Shown one piece after another: positions 1 to 8,307 of a DNA stretch of 40,988 nt; within the stretch, counting starts at the first letter, position 1; every line of letters starts with the position of its first letter. The DNA is taken from UHGV virus genome UHGV-0200626; one strand, written 5' to 3'. A model generated the notes under the pieces. That model worked only from the letters and a program-made list of their open reading frames with translations. It was not told the origin of the DNA and ran no database searches. Both the position numbers and the translations under genes were made by a program. This DNA comes from a virus.

Positions 1-480
1 AAATGCGCTATCTTGCAATTTATCTGCGCTATCGAGCTTCGCTTCCAGTTCAGCGATTCGCTTCTCTGCGGCTTCCAGCTTCTCGCGCATATCGTCAACG
101 TACTCGACCAGAGATCCGCCAGCAGGAATTTCGCACTCCTCGACCAGTTGGAAGTAGATATCAGCTGCGGCCCGTGTGTTGCTATGCCTAGCGTTGCCCA
201 TCTCACCTTCACGAAGAGCATCGCGTTCGGCGGTAAGATTGGCTATTTTGCTGTCTTTGCCTTCCAGCTCAACGCGCAGCCTCCCAACCGTAAGCGCAAT
301 ATCCTCGTTCTCCTGGTCACGGCGTTTGATGTATTGCTGGTTTCTTTCCCGTTCATCCAGCAGTGCCAGCACAACCTGAGGTGTGACTTTCATACGAAAT
401 GCCAGCAATTTTTGAGGCGTTGCTACTGTTTCAATTGCTACTGCTGCCTCACGCAGTACCTGATAGTCAATCTTGCTCAC
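1..480 (-). CDS. Coiled-coil phage early protein, N-terminal part only (continues past window start)
   Basis: Open frame from GTG at 480 to position 1 with no stop; AAGGAGG Shine-Dalgarno 6 nt upstream; GTGA start/stop overlap with the upstream gene; in-frame ATG at 387 is an alternative start. Not in the ORF track because it runs off the edge. Confidence 0.5.
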   Translation of the reverse strand, partial: MSKIDYQVLREAAVAIETVATPQKLLAFRMKVTPQVVLALLDERERNQQYIKRRDQENEDIALTVGRLRVELEGKDSKIANLTAERDALREGEMGNARHSNTRAAADIYFQLVEECEIPAGGSLVEYVDDMREKLEAAEKRIAELEAKLDSADKLQDSAF

Positions 481-1127
481 TGGTTGCCTCCTTTGCGAAG
501 CTGGTCGGCGAACAAACGTACACTAGACGCTTCACTGTGTAGAAACTTAACGGCATAATCAAAACCACCTCGTTCTGCGTCGTCTGCTCCGTTGTCGAGG
601 TTATCTGCGTACATCTCTACCCCCTGCGCCCGTACTTCAGCCAGGAAAGCATCGGTGGCTGGGGTTTTGATTTCGTTAAGTGCATCACTGAATCCACCTC
701 TCTCCATACCTAGCTCTGCTTCGTAATCGGCATCGAATGCAGCGTCTTTGCAGAACTTCTTCAGCTTTGCATTCTCCGCTGCCAGCGCAGAAAACTTCTC
801 GTGCGCCAACTTAACGGCTGCATCTGCCTGCCTCATTGCCTCCATTGCTTTCTCGTTATCAGTTGCTAGCGCCGCGCACTTGGCTTCAAGTTCGGCAAAC
901 TTATCAGCCACTGATTTCGGCCCGTCTTCGCCGCAAGCCTGCATCATTGATGACTCCCATGCTCTTTCTGCTGCTTCCGATAGCTTTAATTGCACTTCAA
1001 GTAATGCAATCTTTGATTCAAGCTCACCAAATTTACGCACCAGATATTCAGCGTTTGTTTCGTTAACCTTTAAGTATCGCGGGATGCATTTTCCTTTCAG
1101 AAAACCATCCATCTCAATTAGTGACAT
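477..1127 (-). CDS. Ea22/Ead-like coiled-coil phage protein (family assignment tentative)
   Basis: 216 aa ORF in the leftward early operon; heptad-rich central segment ([33 protein letters not shown]). Family recalled from memory. Confidence 0.45.
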   Translation of the reverse strand: MSLIEMDGFLKGKCIPRYLKVNETNAEYLVRKFGELESKIALLEVQLKLSEAAERAWESSMMQACGEDGPKSVADKFAELEAKCAALATDNEKAMEAMRQADAAVKLAHEKFSALAAENAKLKKFCKDAAFDADYEAELGMERGGFSDALNEIKTPATDAFLAEVRAQGVEMYADNLDNGADDAERGGFDYAVKFLHSEASSVRLFADQLRKGGNQ

Positions 1128-1313
1128 TTGTTTAATTTCTTCCCACTCCGCAACATCGCATTCAGATATTTGTTTTGATTCACTGATGGAAAAGAATTTC
1201 TCTTAAGCAATTCCTCTCTCGATGGCATTGGCTTTACGCGTTGGCGAATAATCATTTCTGCCGGAAGAATGCCTGGATTGTATGCAAGTCCTCTCATGGT
1301 AAATTCCTCTTTG

Positions 1314-1628
1314 TTAATTTATTCGTATGCCTGCTCTTTCTTCATCGAGTTTTTTTAGCTTGTATCGCATAGCTCTTACTGAATAAATTGAGCGGCAGGT
1401 TGCAATTGCTATTTCTTCTGCGGAGAACTTACCGAAAAGTGATACTTCGGCTCTTGTCCAGCGTCTTCCACGAAGTCGGCTAACAATGTCAGCGCCAATC
1501 CTTGTTGCTTTCGCCATTACTGCTTTTTCAGTCCCTTCCAGTTTTTCAGCGATAACTTCAACTGGCATTGTCGCCGCCACTTCGCGCAAGAAATCGACTT
1601 CCCATTTCTCCCATGGAGTCTTTTTCAT
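1314..1628 (-). CDS. Hypothetical phage protein
   Basis: 104 aa ORF co-oriented with the early-left operon, tightly packed between neighbours. Confidence 0.45.
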   Translation of the reverse strand: MKKTPWEKWEVDFLREVAATMPVEVIAEKLEGTEKAVMAKATRIGADIVSRLRGRRWTRAEVSLFGKFSAEEIAIATCRSIYSVRAMRYKLKKLDEERAGIRIN

Positions 1629-1639
1629 AGGCGATACCG

Positions 1640-2122
1640 TTATTTGATAAGAAGTGAAGGTTTCCCAACTTTGAGTTGAGCGCCGGGGATATTTATTCCT
1701 GCTTTTAGTTGGTGTTTGATTGCCAGTTTGTCGGCTTTAATTGTCGTTTCAAACTCAACGTATTCAGGAGGAAGGGCGCTTGAGTCGATGATTTCTACAG
1801 TTTCTGACGGTTTGCGGATTGTTACCTGGTGAATACCTGCTCTAATCTTTTTCTTGCCAACCATTTCAAGCGATGACGCTATATACGCCATAATGCTGCC
1901 AATCTTATTTTGAATTACTGCGGCTCGCTCATTCAGTGACTTTGCCTCTTCCTTGAGGCGTTCAGCATAACCAGATTCATTTTTAATAATGGCAAGAAGT
2001 TGCTCTATTTTATCGGTAAATTCTCCTTCCATGCCTTCTATTGTGTCAGCAATCATCTCTGGTTCTAAATCTGAATCCATCAATTTTGCGTATTCATTGG
2101 CAATTTCATACAGTTTGCTCAC
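1640..2122 (-). CDS. Gp157-like (Sipho_Gp157 family) protein
   Basis: About 160 aa acidic protein directly downstream of recT; likely GTG start at 2122 with GGAGG 6 nt upstream (the track's longer start at 2128 is TTG with no spacer). Family recalled from memory. Confidence 0.5.
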   Translation of the reverse strand: MSKLYEIANEYAKLMDSDLEPEMIADTIEGMEGEFTDKIEQLLAIIKNESGYAERLKEEAKSLNERAAVIQNKIGSIMAYIASSLEMVGKKKIRAGIHQVTIRKPSETVEIIDSSALPPEYVEFETTIKADKLAIKHQLKAGINIPGAQLKVGKPSLLIK

Positions 2123-3017
2123 TGGCAACCTCCAGTTTCGCTTTGCATTCTATGTAAATGGCTTGTACGTTCTGCTGCAATTTCATTCCAGATGTCAGGC
2201 GATATGCTTCTGCAAAATATCGCTTCAAATCATCCATGTTTTCTGCCTGAGCCATTTCATCGCAAAGAAGTTGTGCTTTATCCATTATTTCCTGCTGGCG
2301 TTTCCGTTCATCTTCGCGGATATCTTCCTCTGATTTGTGCGGCATAACTGGTTCGGTCCACACGCCTTCTTCTTCGTTTAGTACGTGAATAGCACTATCA
2401 AGGCGTGATGCCTTAGGCCAATACTTGCTTGCACGCTTTACGACCGTCTTTCGCGCCATCTCATTCCAGTGATTTACCCATGGTCCTTTATCGCTGAATG
2501 CTGCCTTGCTTGTTTTCCTTACAGCCTCAATTTCAGCCAGACTCATCTCTTCCGTTAGATAATCACCTGCTGGCGTCTTAACTGTGCAGTAAACGCCAAC
2601 GATATCACCACGGTCACCGAAGGCGTTGTATTTATGGGTTGGTGCTTTATCAAGCCCGTTTGACTCATAGGTATCGTTAGCATGAACAAGTTTTGCCTGA
2701 CCCCATGAGATAACACCAGACTCCATTGCAATATGGAGCAATCCCATATAGCTGATATCAAGGCACACCATGCCGTCGCGAGGAACCAGATAAGCCAGTT
2801 TGCTGGCCGGGTTTAAGGTGATGCCGATCGCCGCAACATTGATGATGGCGTTCTGTGCGCTGGTTGGATTTGCCAGTGCTGTTTTAGCCAGGTAATCGTT
2901 TTTCTGGAAATACTGAATTGCAAACTGGCTTTCCTTAGCCCATGTCACCGTCTGTTCAGTCAATGCTCCGCAGAATAACTGCTCCTGCTGTTTAACGAAT
3001 TTAACGATATTGCTCAT
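2106..3017 (-). CDS. recT: RecT-family single-strand annealing protein
   Basis: 303 aa; C-terminal block GPWVNHWNEMARKTVVKRASKYWP closely matches the conserved RecT motif (E. coli RecT GPWVTHWEEMAKKTAIRRLFKYLP). Confidence 0.8.
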   Translation of the reverse strand: MSNIVKFVKQQEQLFCGALTEQTVTWAKESQFAIQYFQKNDYLAKTALANPTSAQNAIINVAAIGITLNPASKLAYLVPRDGMVCLDISYMGLLHIAMESGVISWGQAKLVHANDTYESNGLDKAPTHKYNAFGDRGDIVGVYCTVKTPAGDYLTEEMSLAEIEAVRKTSKAAFSDKGPWVNHWNEMARKTVVKRASKYWPKASRLDSAIHVLNEEEGVWTEPVMPHKSEEDIREDERKRQQEIMDKAQLLCDEMAQAENMDDLKRYFAEAYRLTSGMKLQQNVQAIYIECKAKLEVASEQTV

Positions 3018-3325
3018 GCAGCTTCTCCAAAAATGTGTCTGCGTTTGAATATTGCGAAGGCATATTCAGCCTTAACTCTTTCGGTTATTGCATCCCAGAA
3101 CCATTCAGCGGCTTTTTCCTGATAGTTACAGTCATCATCTTCCAGCCAGTCGATAGCGTCCTTAGTGTGTTCATCTGGTTTATATGAGCGAAGCATTTCG
3201 CTTATTGGGTCGCAACGTTTGCAGAGGCGATCAACTTCACTGTTGATTCGTTCGTAATCTTCATCAGTAAAACTTGCGATTATTTGCGATATTTCACGCT
3301 TATCATTCAGAGTCAGAATCATCAT
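3014..3325 (-). CDS. Hypothetical phage protein
   Basis: 103 aa acidic ORF with ATGA overlap onto the recT start. It sits where an exonuclease partner would be expected but is too small to be one. Confidence 0.45.
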   Translation of the reverse strand: MMILTLNDKREISQIIASFTDEDYERINSEVDRLCKRCDPISEMLRSYKPDEHTKDAIDWLEDDDCNYQEKAAEWFWDAITERVKAEYAFAIFKRRHIFGEAA

Positions 3326-3543
3326 CTTTCTCCTGTTCTTTGTGCTGATTGAGCATTTCTTTCATCTGACGAATGAATTCTTCGTCTGACCAGTTATCTG
3401 TAAAACTCATTTCCTGCGATACCACGGAAGGTTGATAGCTGATTTCATCGCTTTATTTGCTTCAAGCCACATTTTTGAATCACCAATAAATCGGGCTATT
3501 ACTGCTTTGTTCTGTGCAGCACGAAGCATCTGGTGATTAATGG

Positions 3544-3678
3544 CTATTTCATTGCGCATAACGCCTCCAGTTGTTTCTTTGCTGCTCTGATTAATTGTTT
3601 AACTCGGCGTGATAATTCAGATTCGTGCGGGTAGAAAGCGGACATGACGCCGCTACCCGCGAGCTGAAAGTGCATCAT
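3544..3678 (-). CDS. cIII: cIII-like protein (putative FtsH inhibitor)
   Basis: 44 aa from ATGATG at 3678 with AAGGAG upstream: MMHFQLAGSGVMSAFYPHESELSRRVKQLIRAAKKQLEALCAMK; resembles lambda CIII (MQYAIAGWPVAGCPSESLLERITRKLRDGWKR). The track's 79 aa form is an upstream in-frame extension. Confidence 0.55.
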   Translation of the reverse strand: MMHFQLAGSGVMSAFYPHESELSRRVKQLIRAAKKQLEALCAMK

Positions 3679-3742
3679 GGGTAACTCCTTATATTTGATT
3701 GCATAACGAAAACGCCTCGAGTGAAGCGTTATTGGTATGCAT

Positions 3743-3768
3743 ATAAAAAAGCCCTCACACTGGAGGGC
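3743..3768 (-). terminator. Intrinsic terminator inside the leftward early operon (tL-like)
   Basis: Minus strand reads GCCCTC-cagtgt-GAGGGC followed by TTTTTTAT; lies between the kil-position ORF and cIII. Confidence 0.55.
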
Positions 3769-3863
3769 AAAGAAGATTTCCAATAATCAGAACAAGTCGG
3801 CTCCTGTTTAGTTACGAGCAACATTGCTCCGTGTATTCACTCGTTGGAATGAATACACAGTGC

Positions 3864-4052
3864 TTATTCGTCATGCATTTCAGGTAATTCTTCGTATTCG
3901 ACTCCCCATACGAGTTTACACCAAGTGACTCGCTCATATCTTTTACAAAAATCAGACCACATAACTTGTGTTCCATCATGGTTTGTTATTACTTCTGTAA
4001 TATCACCAACACTAACAAAACTGGTATTAGAAGCAGTTATTTTTACTTTCAT
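3864..4052 (-). CDS. Hypothetical small early protein (kil-equivalent position)
   Basis: 62 aa ORF; TAATG stop/start overlap with the upstream gene. Confidence 0.4.
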   Translation of the reverse strand: MKVKITASNTSFVSVGDITEVITNHDGTQVMWSDFCKRYERVTWCKLVWGVEYEELPEMHDE

Positions 4053-4339
4053 TACTTATCCCCAAGAGCTTTTCTGATTGCTGCGATACCTTTATTAACA
4101 GCTCCATACCATTCTGGATATGTTGTCGTTGTTCTATTTTTGGATTGCTTAAGTAATAACTGAAGTGCTTCGAGAAGGTCAGGTGCTGCCGCTATCAGTA
4201 GCGCATCCTCCCTTTCATTTCTTGTTGCTGCTTCAATGTATGTGTCACCAATCGTCACACCATGGAACGTAGTCATCATCTCGTTGACGTTTCTAACCGT
4301 GTACTTCCATTTACCAGGCGTACCCTTAAACTCTTTCAT
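4052..4339 (-). CDS. Hypothetical early protein
   Basis: ORF with ATG at 4339 and GAGG 5 nt upstream (the track's 4345 start is a GTG two codons further up). Confidence 0.45.
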   Translation of the reverse strand: MKEFKGTPGKWKYTVRNVNEMMTTFHGVTIGDTYIEAATRNEREDALLIAAAPDLLEALQLLLKQSKNRTTTTYPEWYGAVNKGIAAIRKALGDK

Positions 4340-4370
4340 ATCCACCTCTGTTGTTTATGCCAAAGCAAAT

Positions 4371-4613
4371 TTAACCATCAACAAACTCTTCTGGTAATTT
4401 ATCAACCAGTTGATGACTTATTATCAGCCATTTGCCATCCTTCGTTTCGTATGCATATTTCTGGTCTTTTATCATCATGTGTTCGGCTACTGCCCTAACT
4501 GCCTGATCGGTGACATCTTCTCTCTTTCCTACCCACATTCCTTTTTCAGTGTTTAATGTTCCTTGAAAAATACGACCACTTAATGGGCTTGCGCCCATAG
4601 TTTTTACTCTCAT
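4371..4613 (-). CDS. Hypothetical early protein
   Basis: 80 aa ORF co-oriented in the PL-like operon. Confidence 0.45.
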   Translation of the reverse strand: MRVKTMGASPLSGRIFQGTLNTEKGMWVGKREDVTDQAVRAVAEHMMIKDQKYAYETKDGKWLIISHQLVDKLPEEFVDG

Positions 4614-4676
4614 GTATCAGCTCTCAAATAAGTGGTTTGCTGCCAAAACAATGAACCATCCGGAAATTCAGATAGT

Positions 4677-4901
4677 TCATAATTCACTCTTCAATACTTC
4701 CAACTTACTAATCGCCGATAGATATCCGCGCTGATAGGGCATCATCATTCCTTCGAGCTTGCCACTTCTTAACTCCTTCCTGAGCAATTGTATTGCTTGA
4801 TCAATAACCTCTGCCTTAGCGTCCTTTATGGCTTGCTTGCGGGGCTTTGCTTTCTGCTTTGGCAGATTTCTCAAGCATGATGGAATGTATGTCTGATTCA
4901 T
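4677..4901 (-). CDS. Hypothetical basic protein, first gene of the leftward operon (N-equivalent position)
   Basis: ATG at 4901 with GAGGT upstream; Lys-rich N-terminus (PKQKAKPRKQAIKDAK). No arginine-rich motif recognised, so an N-like role is positional inference only. Confidence 0.4.
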   Translation of the reverse strand: MNQTYIPSCLRNLPKQKAKPRKQAIKDAKAEVIDQAIQLLRKELRSGKLEGMMMPYQRGYLSAISKLEVLKSEL

Positions 4902-5153
4902 CACTTACCTCGCTGTAACCTGCTTACTTGTACGATGACCAGCTGCGAAAAGCGCAACTTCTGGCAGGCAGACAGTACCACTCTTCAAATCAGCCTCCTT
5001 TTTCTTTTTCTATATCAAAAAGCTGCTTTGCTTTTGCGACTAAAAGCAAAAAAGCCTTCTCGCTAATGAGCAGCATTGCCGTTCATCCTGAACCCGCCGC
5101 ACTCCCGACGCATGGTTTAATGTCGCGCCGTTCGACATGGCTTAACTATATCC

Positions 5154-5180
5154 AAAGCTATTATTTCTGTAAATAGCTAT
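5154..5180. promoter_or_regulatory. OL-like operator palindrome
   Basis: AAAGCTATT-N9-AATAGCTAT, near-identical to the palindrome in the cI-cro intergenic region; sits upstream of the leftward operon and downstream of the cI terminator. Confidence 0.4.
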
Positions 5181-5269
5181 AGTTATAAAATAACTACTTT
5201 GGTTATTTAGTTGTTGATATCTAATATAATTTATTTTTCTTGAGTGTGATGTTTGGTGTGTTTTGGGCA

Positions 5270-5294
5270 ATAAAAAACCCGCAAAAAGCGGGTT
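5270..5294 (-). terminator. Intrinsic terminator downstream of cI
   Basis: AACCCGC-aaaaa-GCGGGTT hairpin with a T-run on the minus strand (plus-strand A-run at 5271..5277), about 20 bp beyond the cI stop. Confidence 0.6.
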
Positions 5295-5312
5295 TGTTGT
5301 GGTGTGATGAGG

Positions 5313-6044
5313 TTAGTAATCAACTACAGACCACCAGAAAATTCTTCCGATGATCTCAATGTCACTTAGATTCTTTTCTTCTTGTGGGTATTCCAGTGAG
5401 TTAAAGCTTCTAATGCTTACCTTGTCAGGCCCTGTTCGAAAGAGAATCTTAATGCGTTTCCAACCGTTCTCGTTAATGGCGTAAATCTTTCCGTCAACTA
5501 TTTTCTTATCGTTGGTGTTAACAGCAACTGTTGTTCCATCAGGAATGTTTGGCTCCATGCTGTTGCCACGAGCCGGAAAACAAACAACCCCGCTTCCATC
5601 ACTGTTCGCGCCAACTCTGCGAAGGGTTGATTTGGAAAAGCGCAACATAAAGCCGTTGTGATCTTCATCAATCACCCGACCATCCCCGCATGCAAACTCA
5701 ATATCTTTAAGGTAAGGAATTTCAACTTCATCACCTCTTAAAGGCGTTCCTCCATCCCATGGGTCCAAACATCCCCACGTGCTTTCATGAGGAATAGAAG
5801 ATTTTGGATCATAAGGTTCAACTCCCTCATCACGCATTGGCCCAGTTCCATCGGAAAGCCATTCCGTACGAACTCCAAGCACTTTTGATATTTCAAAAAG
5901 TTTGCGCGTATTGCGTGTTTTTCCAGACGTAAGTTTCCAGACGCTTGGCTGAGACATGCCAACAGCATTGCCAAGAGAAGCCTGAGTAAACCCAGCCTGA
6001 TCCATCGCGTATGTAAGCCTTTGAGAAAAAGTATCTAGTTTCAT
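5313..6044 (-). CDS. cI: CI-like repressor (N-terminal HTH, C-terminal S24 LexA-like peptidase domain)
   Basis: 243 aa; HTH-like segment (GFTQASLGNAVGMSQPSVWKL), C-terminal GNSMEP serine motif and a downstream Lys typical of S24 autopeptidases; divergent from a cro-like gene. Confidence 0.8.
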   Translation of the reverse strand: MKLDTFSQRLTYAMDQAGFTQASLGNAVGMSQPSVWKLTSGKTRNTRKLFEISKVLGVRTEWLSDGTGPMRDEGVEPYDPKSSIPHESTWGCLDPWDGGTPLRGDEVEIPYLKDIEFACGDGRVIDEDHNGFMLRFSKSTLRRVGANSDGSGVVCFPARGNSMEPNIPDGTTVAVNTNDKKIVDGKIYAINENGWKRIKILFRTGPDKVSIRSFNSLEYPQEEKNLSDIEIIGRIFWWSVVDY

Positions 6045-6055
6045 TCGGACAACCT

Positions 6056-6112
6056 ATAGCTACAGCTATTATTAGTCAAATATCTAAAGCTATTTACTTT
6101 CTGAATAGCTTT
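6056..6112. promoter_or_regulatory. OR-like operator region between cI and cro
   Basis: ATAGCT-AC-AGCTAT (6056..6069) and AAAGCTATT-N9-AATAGCTTT (6086..6112) inverted repeats in the 108 bp divergent intergenic region. Confidence 0.5.
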
Positions 6113-6152
6113 GGCTATTATTCTTGTTGTGAATTCAGCAGGAGTTATTTTT

Positions 6153-6383
6153 ATGGTCAACAAGGCTATTAAAGCGGCTATTGACTCAGTAGGAAGTCAG
6201 CAAAAGTTAGCTGATGCCTGCGGTGTTAAGCAGCCGTCTGTATGGGCTTGGTTGCATGGGAAGAAAAGGGTATCCGCTAAAAATGCCAAGCGCATTGAAA
6301 TGGCTACCAATGGAAGCATCCCTGCATACCTGATTCGCCCTGATTTATCCGATTTGTTCCCCAATCCGAACAAAGCAGCTTAA
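6153..6383 (+). CDS. cro: Cro-like HTH regulator
   Basis: 76 aa from ATG 6153 with AGGAG upstream; HTH-like segment QQKLADACGVKQPSVWAWLHGKK; divergent from cI. Confidence 0.6.
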   Translation: MVNKAIKAAIDSVGSQQKLADACGVKQPSVWAWLHGKKRVSAKNAKRIEMATNGSIPAYLIRPDLSDLFPNPNKAA

Positions 6384-6502
6384 TAAAGCAAATTTTTATA
6401 CCGAACGGCCCGGTATACGGTCGGGTGCCCGGCGTGGTCAAGGATGACTGTCAATGGTGCACGATAAAAACCCAAATTATTTACCTATGGAGATAGTAAG
6501 AA

Positions 6503-6799
6503 ATGACACAAACAAGTTACAGCAAGCCAACACAGCGAGAAATTGATCGCGCTGAAACTGATTTACTCATCAACCTGTCAACGCTTACCCAGCGCGGTTT
6601 GGCAAAGATGATTGGCTGTCATGAATCGAAGATAAGCAGAACGGACTGGAGATTTATTGCTTCGGTCTTGTGTGCTTTCGGAATGGCATCAGACATCAGT
6701 CCGATTAGCAGGGCTTTTAAGTATGCATTGGATGGAATCACAAAGAAAAAATCCCCGGCTGCCACCGAGGATTCTGAGCAAATTGATATGCAATTCTGA
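6503..6799 (+). CDS. cII: CII transcriptional activator
   Basis: 98 aa; C-terminus KKKSPAATEDSEQIDMQF matches lambda CII KKRPAATERSEQIQMEF; correct position after cro. Confidence 0.8.
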   Translation: MTQTSYSKPTQREIDRAETDLLINLSTLTQRGLAKMIGCHESKISRTDWRFIASVLCAFGMASDISPISRAFKYALDGITKKKSPAATEDSEQIDMQF

Positions 6800-6831
6800 G
6801 GGAATTACTGGATCAATCCACAGGAGTAATT

Positions 6832-7476
6832 ATGACATACGAAAATGACAAATTCCAGGTTCTGAAGAGCATGAAGGTGCCAGATGATTTTAAATCAAAT
6901 GGCTTTGTTTATGTGCTTTCTAATGAGTGCATGCCAGGAATTTATAAGATTGGGATGACTAAGCATTCACCAGAAGTTAGGGCTAAAGAAATTTCAGCCT
7001 CTACTGGCGTTCCTAAGCCATTTAAGGTGATAGCAGCCTTTCATTCAAATAATCCCGCATCAGATGAAAAACTCATTCATAAAGCCTTTGCAAAAGAGAG
7101 GCTTAGTGATAATCGAGAGTTTTTCAAGCTTGAAGATAATGAGCTTTCTGAATCTCTAAATGAAATAAGGGCGCTGGTTGGCCCTGAAAGAAATGGCGAG
7201 ACGGCAGAATACGCAATTTACGACTCATTCATTTCTTTTCGCCATGAAAATGAGCTTGATCTTAATGAGGAGCTTATAGAGCAAGGTCTGGGTAGTGTAG
7301 TTGGTCATCTTCCTGCGGTGAAAAATTTCCTTATTCGCGCCGGAATTGATTACGCGAAGCAACTGATAAGCAAATATAACTCATCGATAGTTATTAATAC
7401 AGATGGCAGTGTGGTGATGGTTAAGTCTCTTGAAGCCCAATGCTTTGATGCGGAGGTTGGAAATGAGCCTGGCTGA
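6832..7476 (+). CDS. T5orf172 (GIY-YIG-like) domain protein, accessory gene
   Basis: 214 aa; N-terminal GFVYVLSN...GIYKIGMTKHSPEVRAKEIS...PFKV...EKLIHKAFAKERL...REFFKL fits the T5orf172 pattern recalled from memory; AGGAG 5 nt upstream of ATG; inserted between cII and O. Confidence 0.55.
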   Translation: MTYENDKFQVLKSMKVPDDFKSNGFVYVLSNECMPGIYKIGMTKHSPEVRAKEISASTGVPKPFKVIAAFHSNNPASDEKLIHKAFAKERLSDNREFFKLEDNELSESLNEIRALVGPERNGETAEYAIYDSFISFRHENELDLNEELIEQGLGSVVGHLPAVKNFLIRAGIDYAKQLISKYNSSIVINTDGSVVMVKSLEAQCFDAEVGNEPG

Positions 7477-8305
7477 AGTATTTTACCTGTCGAAGAGTGA
7501 ACCTGTTGAACAGGAGCGAAGAGTGGCTGATATCGATGATGGTTACACCAGATTCGCTAACGAGCTGCTGGAAGCTATCGCAAGTGCTGATTTAACCGCT
7601 CGCCAGTTGAAAGTTATGCTGGCCTACGTCCGGAAAACATATGGATTCAATAAGAAAACAGATCGAATAGCCGATGAGCAAATTGCTCAGTTAACAGGAC
7701 TGTCAAGGCAGAATGTTAACAAGGCTAAAAAAGAACTGATTTCAATGAATTGCCTGTTTATGGATGGAAATCAAATCGGTGTAAACAGTGAGGTATCTGC
7801 GTGGCAATTCAGCAAGTGTCTCCAAGTTAGCAACTTTGTCTCGAAGTTAGAGACAAAAAATGTCTCCAAATTAGAGACACTCAATGTCTCGAAGTTAGAG
7901 ACACACAAAAGACATTCTTTAAAGACAAAAGAAAATATTAATAAACCCCCTATATCCCCCAAAAAAGTTTCTCAGAAGTTCGACCCGCTAGAAACAGAGT
8001 TGCCTGATTGGTTATCAGCAGAAACATGGTTGTCGTGGGTTACCTATCGCAAGGAGATAGGTAAGTCGATCAAGTCTAAGCAAAGTGTCACTCAGGCTAT
8101 CAACGTTCTAAGCAGAAGTCTGGAGAAGGGATATACACCTGAAGAAATTATAAACCAGAGCATCGCCAGTGGTTGGCAGGGGATTTTTGAACCCAAGACT
8201 CCAAAGGGGAAATCTCAACCGAGGCCGCAGCAGCGAGCTATGCAGGAAAACTTTGCCGCCAAAGATTACGGGCAAACTGAAATGCCTTCATGGGCGCAGG
8301 AGTGA
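7463..8305 (+). CDS. O: Replication initiator, lambda O-like
   Basis: N-terminal region (RRVADIDDGYTRFANELLEAIASADLTARQLKVMLAYVRKTYGFNKKTDRIAD) parallels lambda O; GGAGGT upstream of ATG 7463; contains iterons. Confidence 0.8.
   Translation: MSLAEVFYLSKSEPVEQERRVADIDDGYTRFANELLEAIASADLTARQLKVMLAYVRKTYGFNKKTDRIADEQIAQLTGLSRQNVNKAKKELISMNCLFMDGNQIGVNSEVSAWQFSKCLQVSNFVSKLETKNVSKLETLNVSKLETHKRHSLKTKENINKPPISPKKVSQKFDPLETELPDWLSAETWLSWVTYRKEIGKSIKSKQSVTQAINVLSRSLEKGYTPEEIINQSIASGWQGIFEPKTPKGKSQPRPQQRAMQENFAAKDYGQTEMPSWAQE
7817..7903. repeat. Origin iterons inside the O gene
   Basis: Three 19 bp inverted-repeat units (7837..7855, 7861..7879, 7885..7903) plus a degenerate copy at 7817..7835, followed by an AT-rich stretch to about 7975; they encode the repeated peptide VSKLET. 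Confidence 0.65.
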
Positions 8306-8307
8306 AT

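Noticed and set aside
13-1206. Plus-strand ORFs (13..558, 176..379, 748..1206, 836..1066) in the leftmost kilobase
   Set aside because: They overlap minus-strand genes that have RBSs and coupled start/stop overlaps; their translations are low-complexity Ser/Ala/Leu-rich shadows.
6384-6502. nutR/tR1 element in the GC-rich stretch between cro and cII (about 6405..6440)
   Set aside because: No clean boxA/boxB or hairpin with T-run could be defined by eye; left unannotated.
7817-7903. Possible CRISPR array
   Set aside because: The repeats are inverted-repeat iterons inside the O gene with short non-unique spacers, not a CRISPR repeat-spacer array; no cas genes present.
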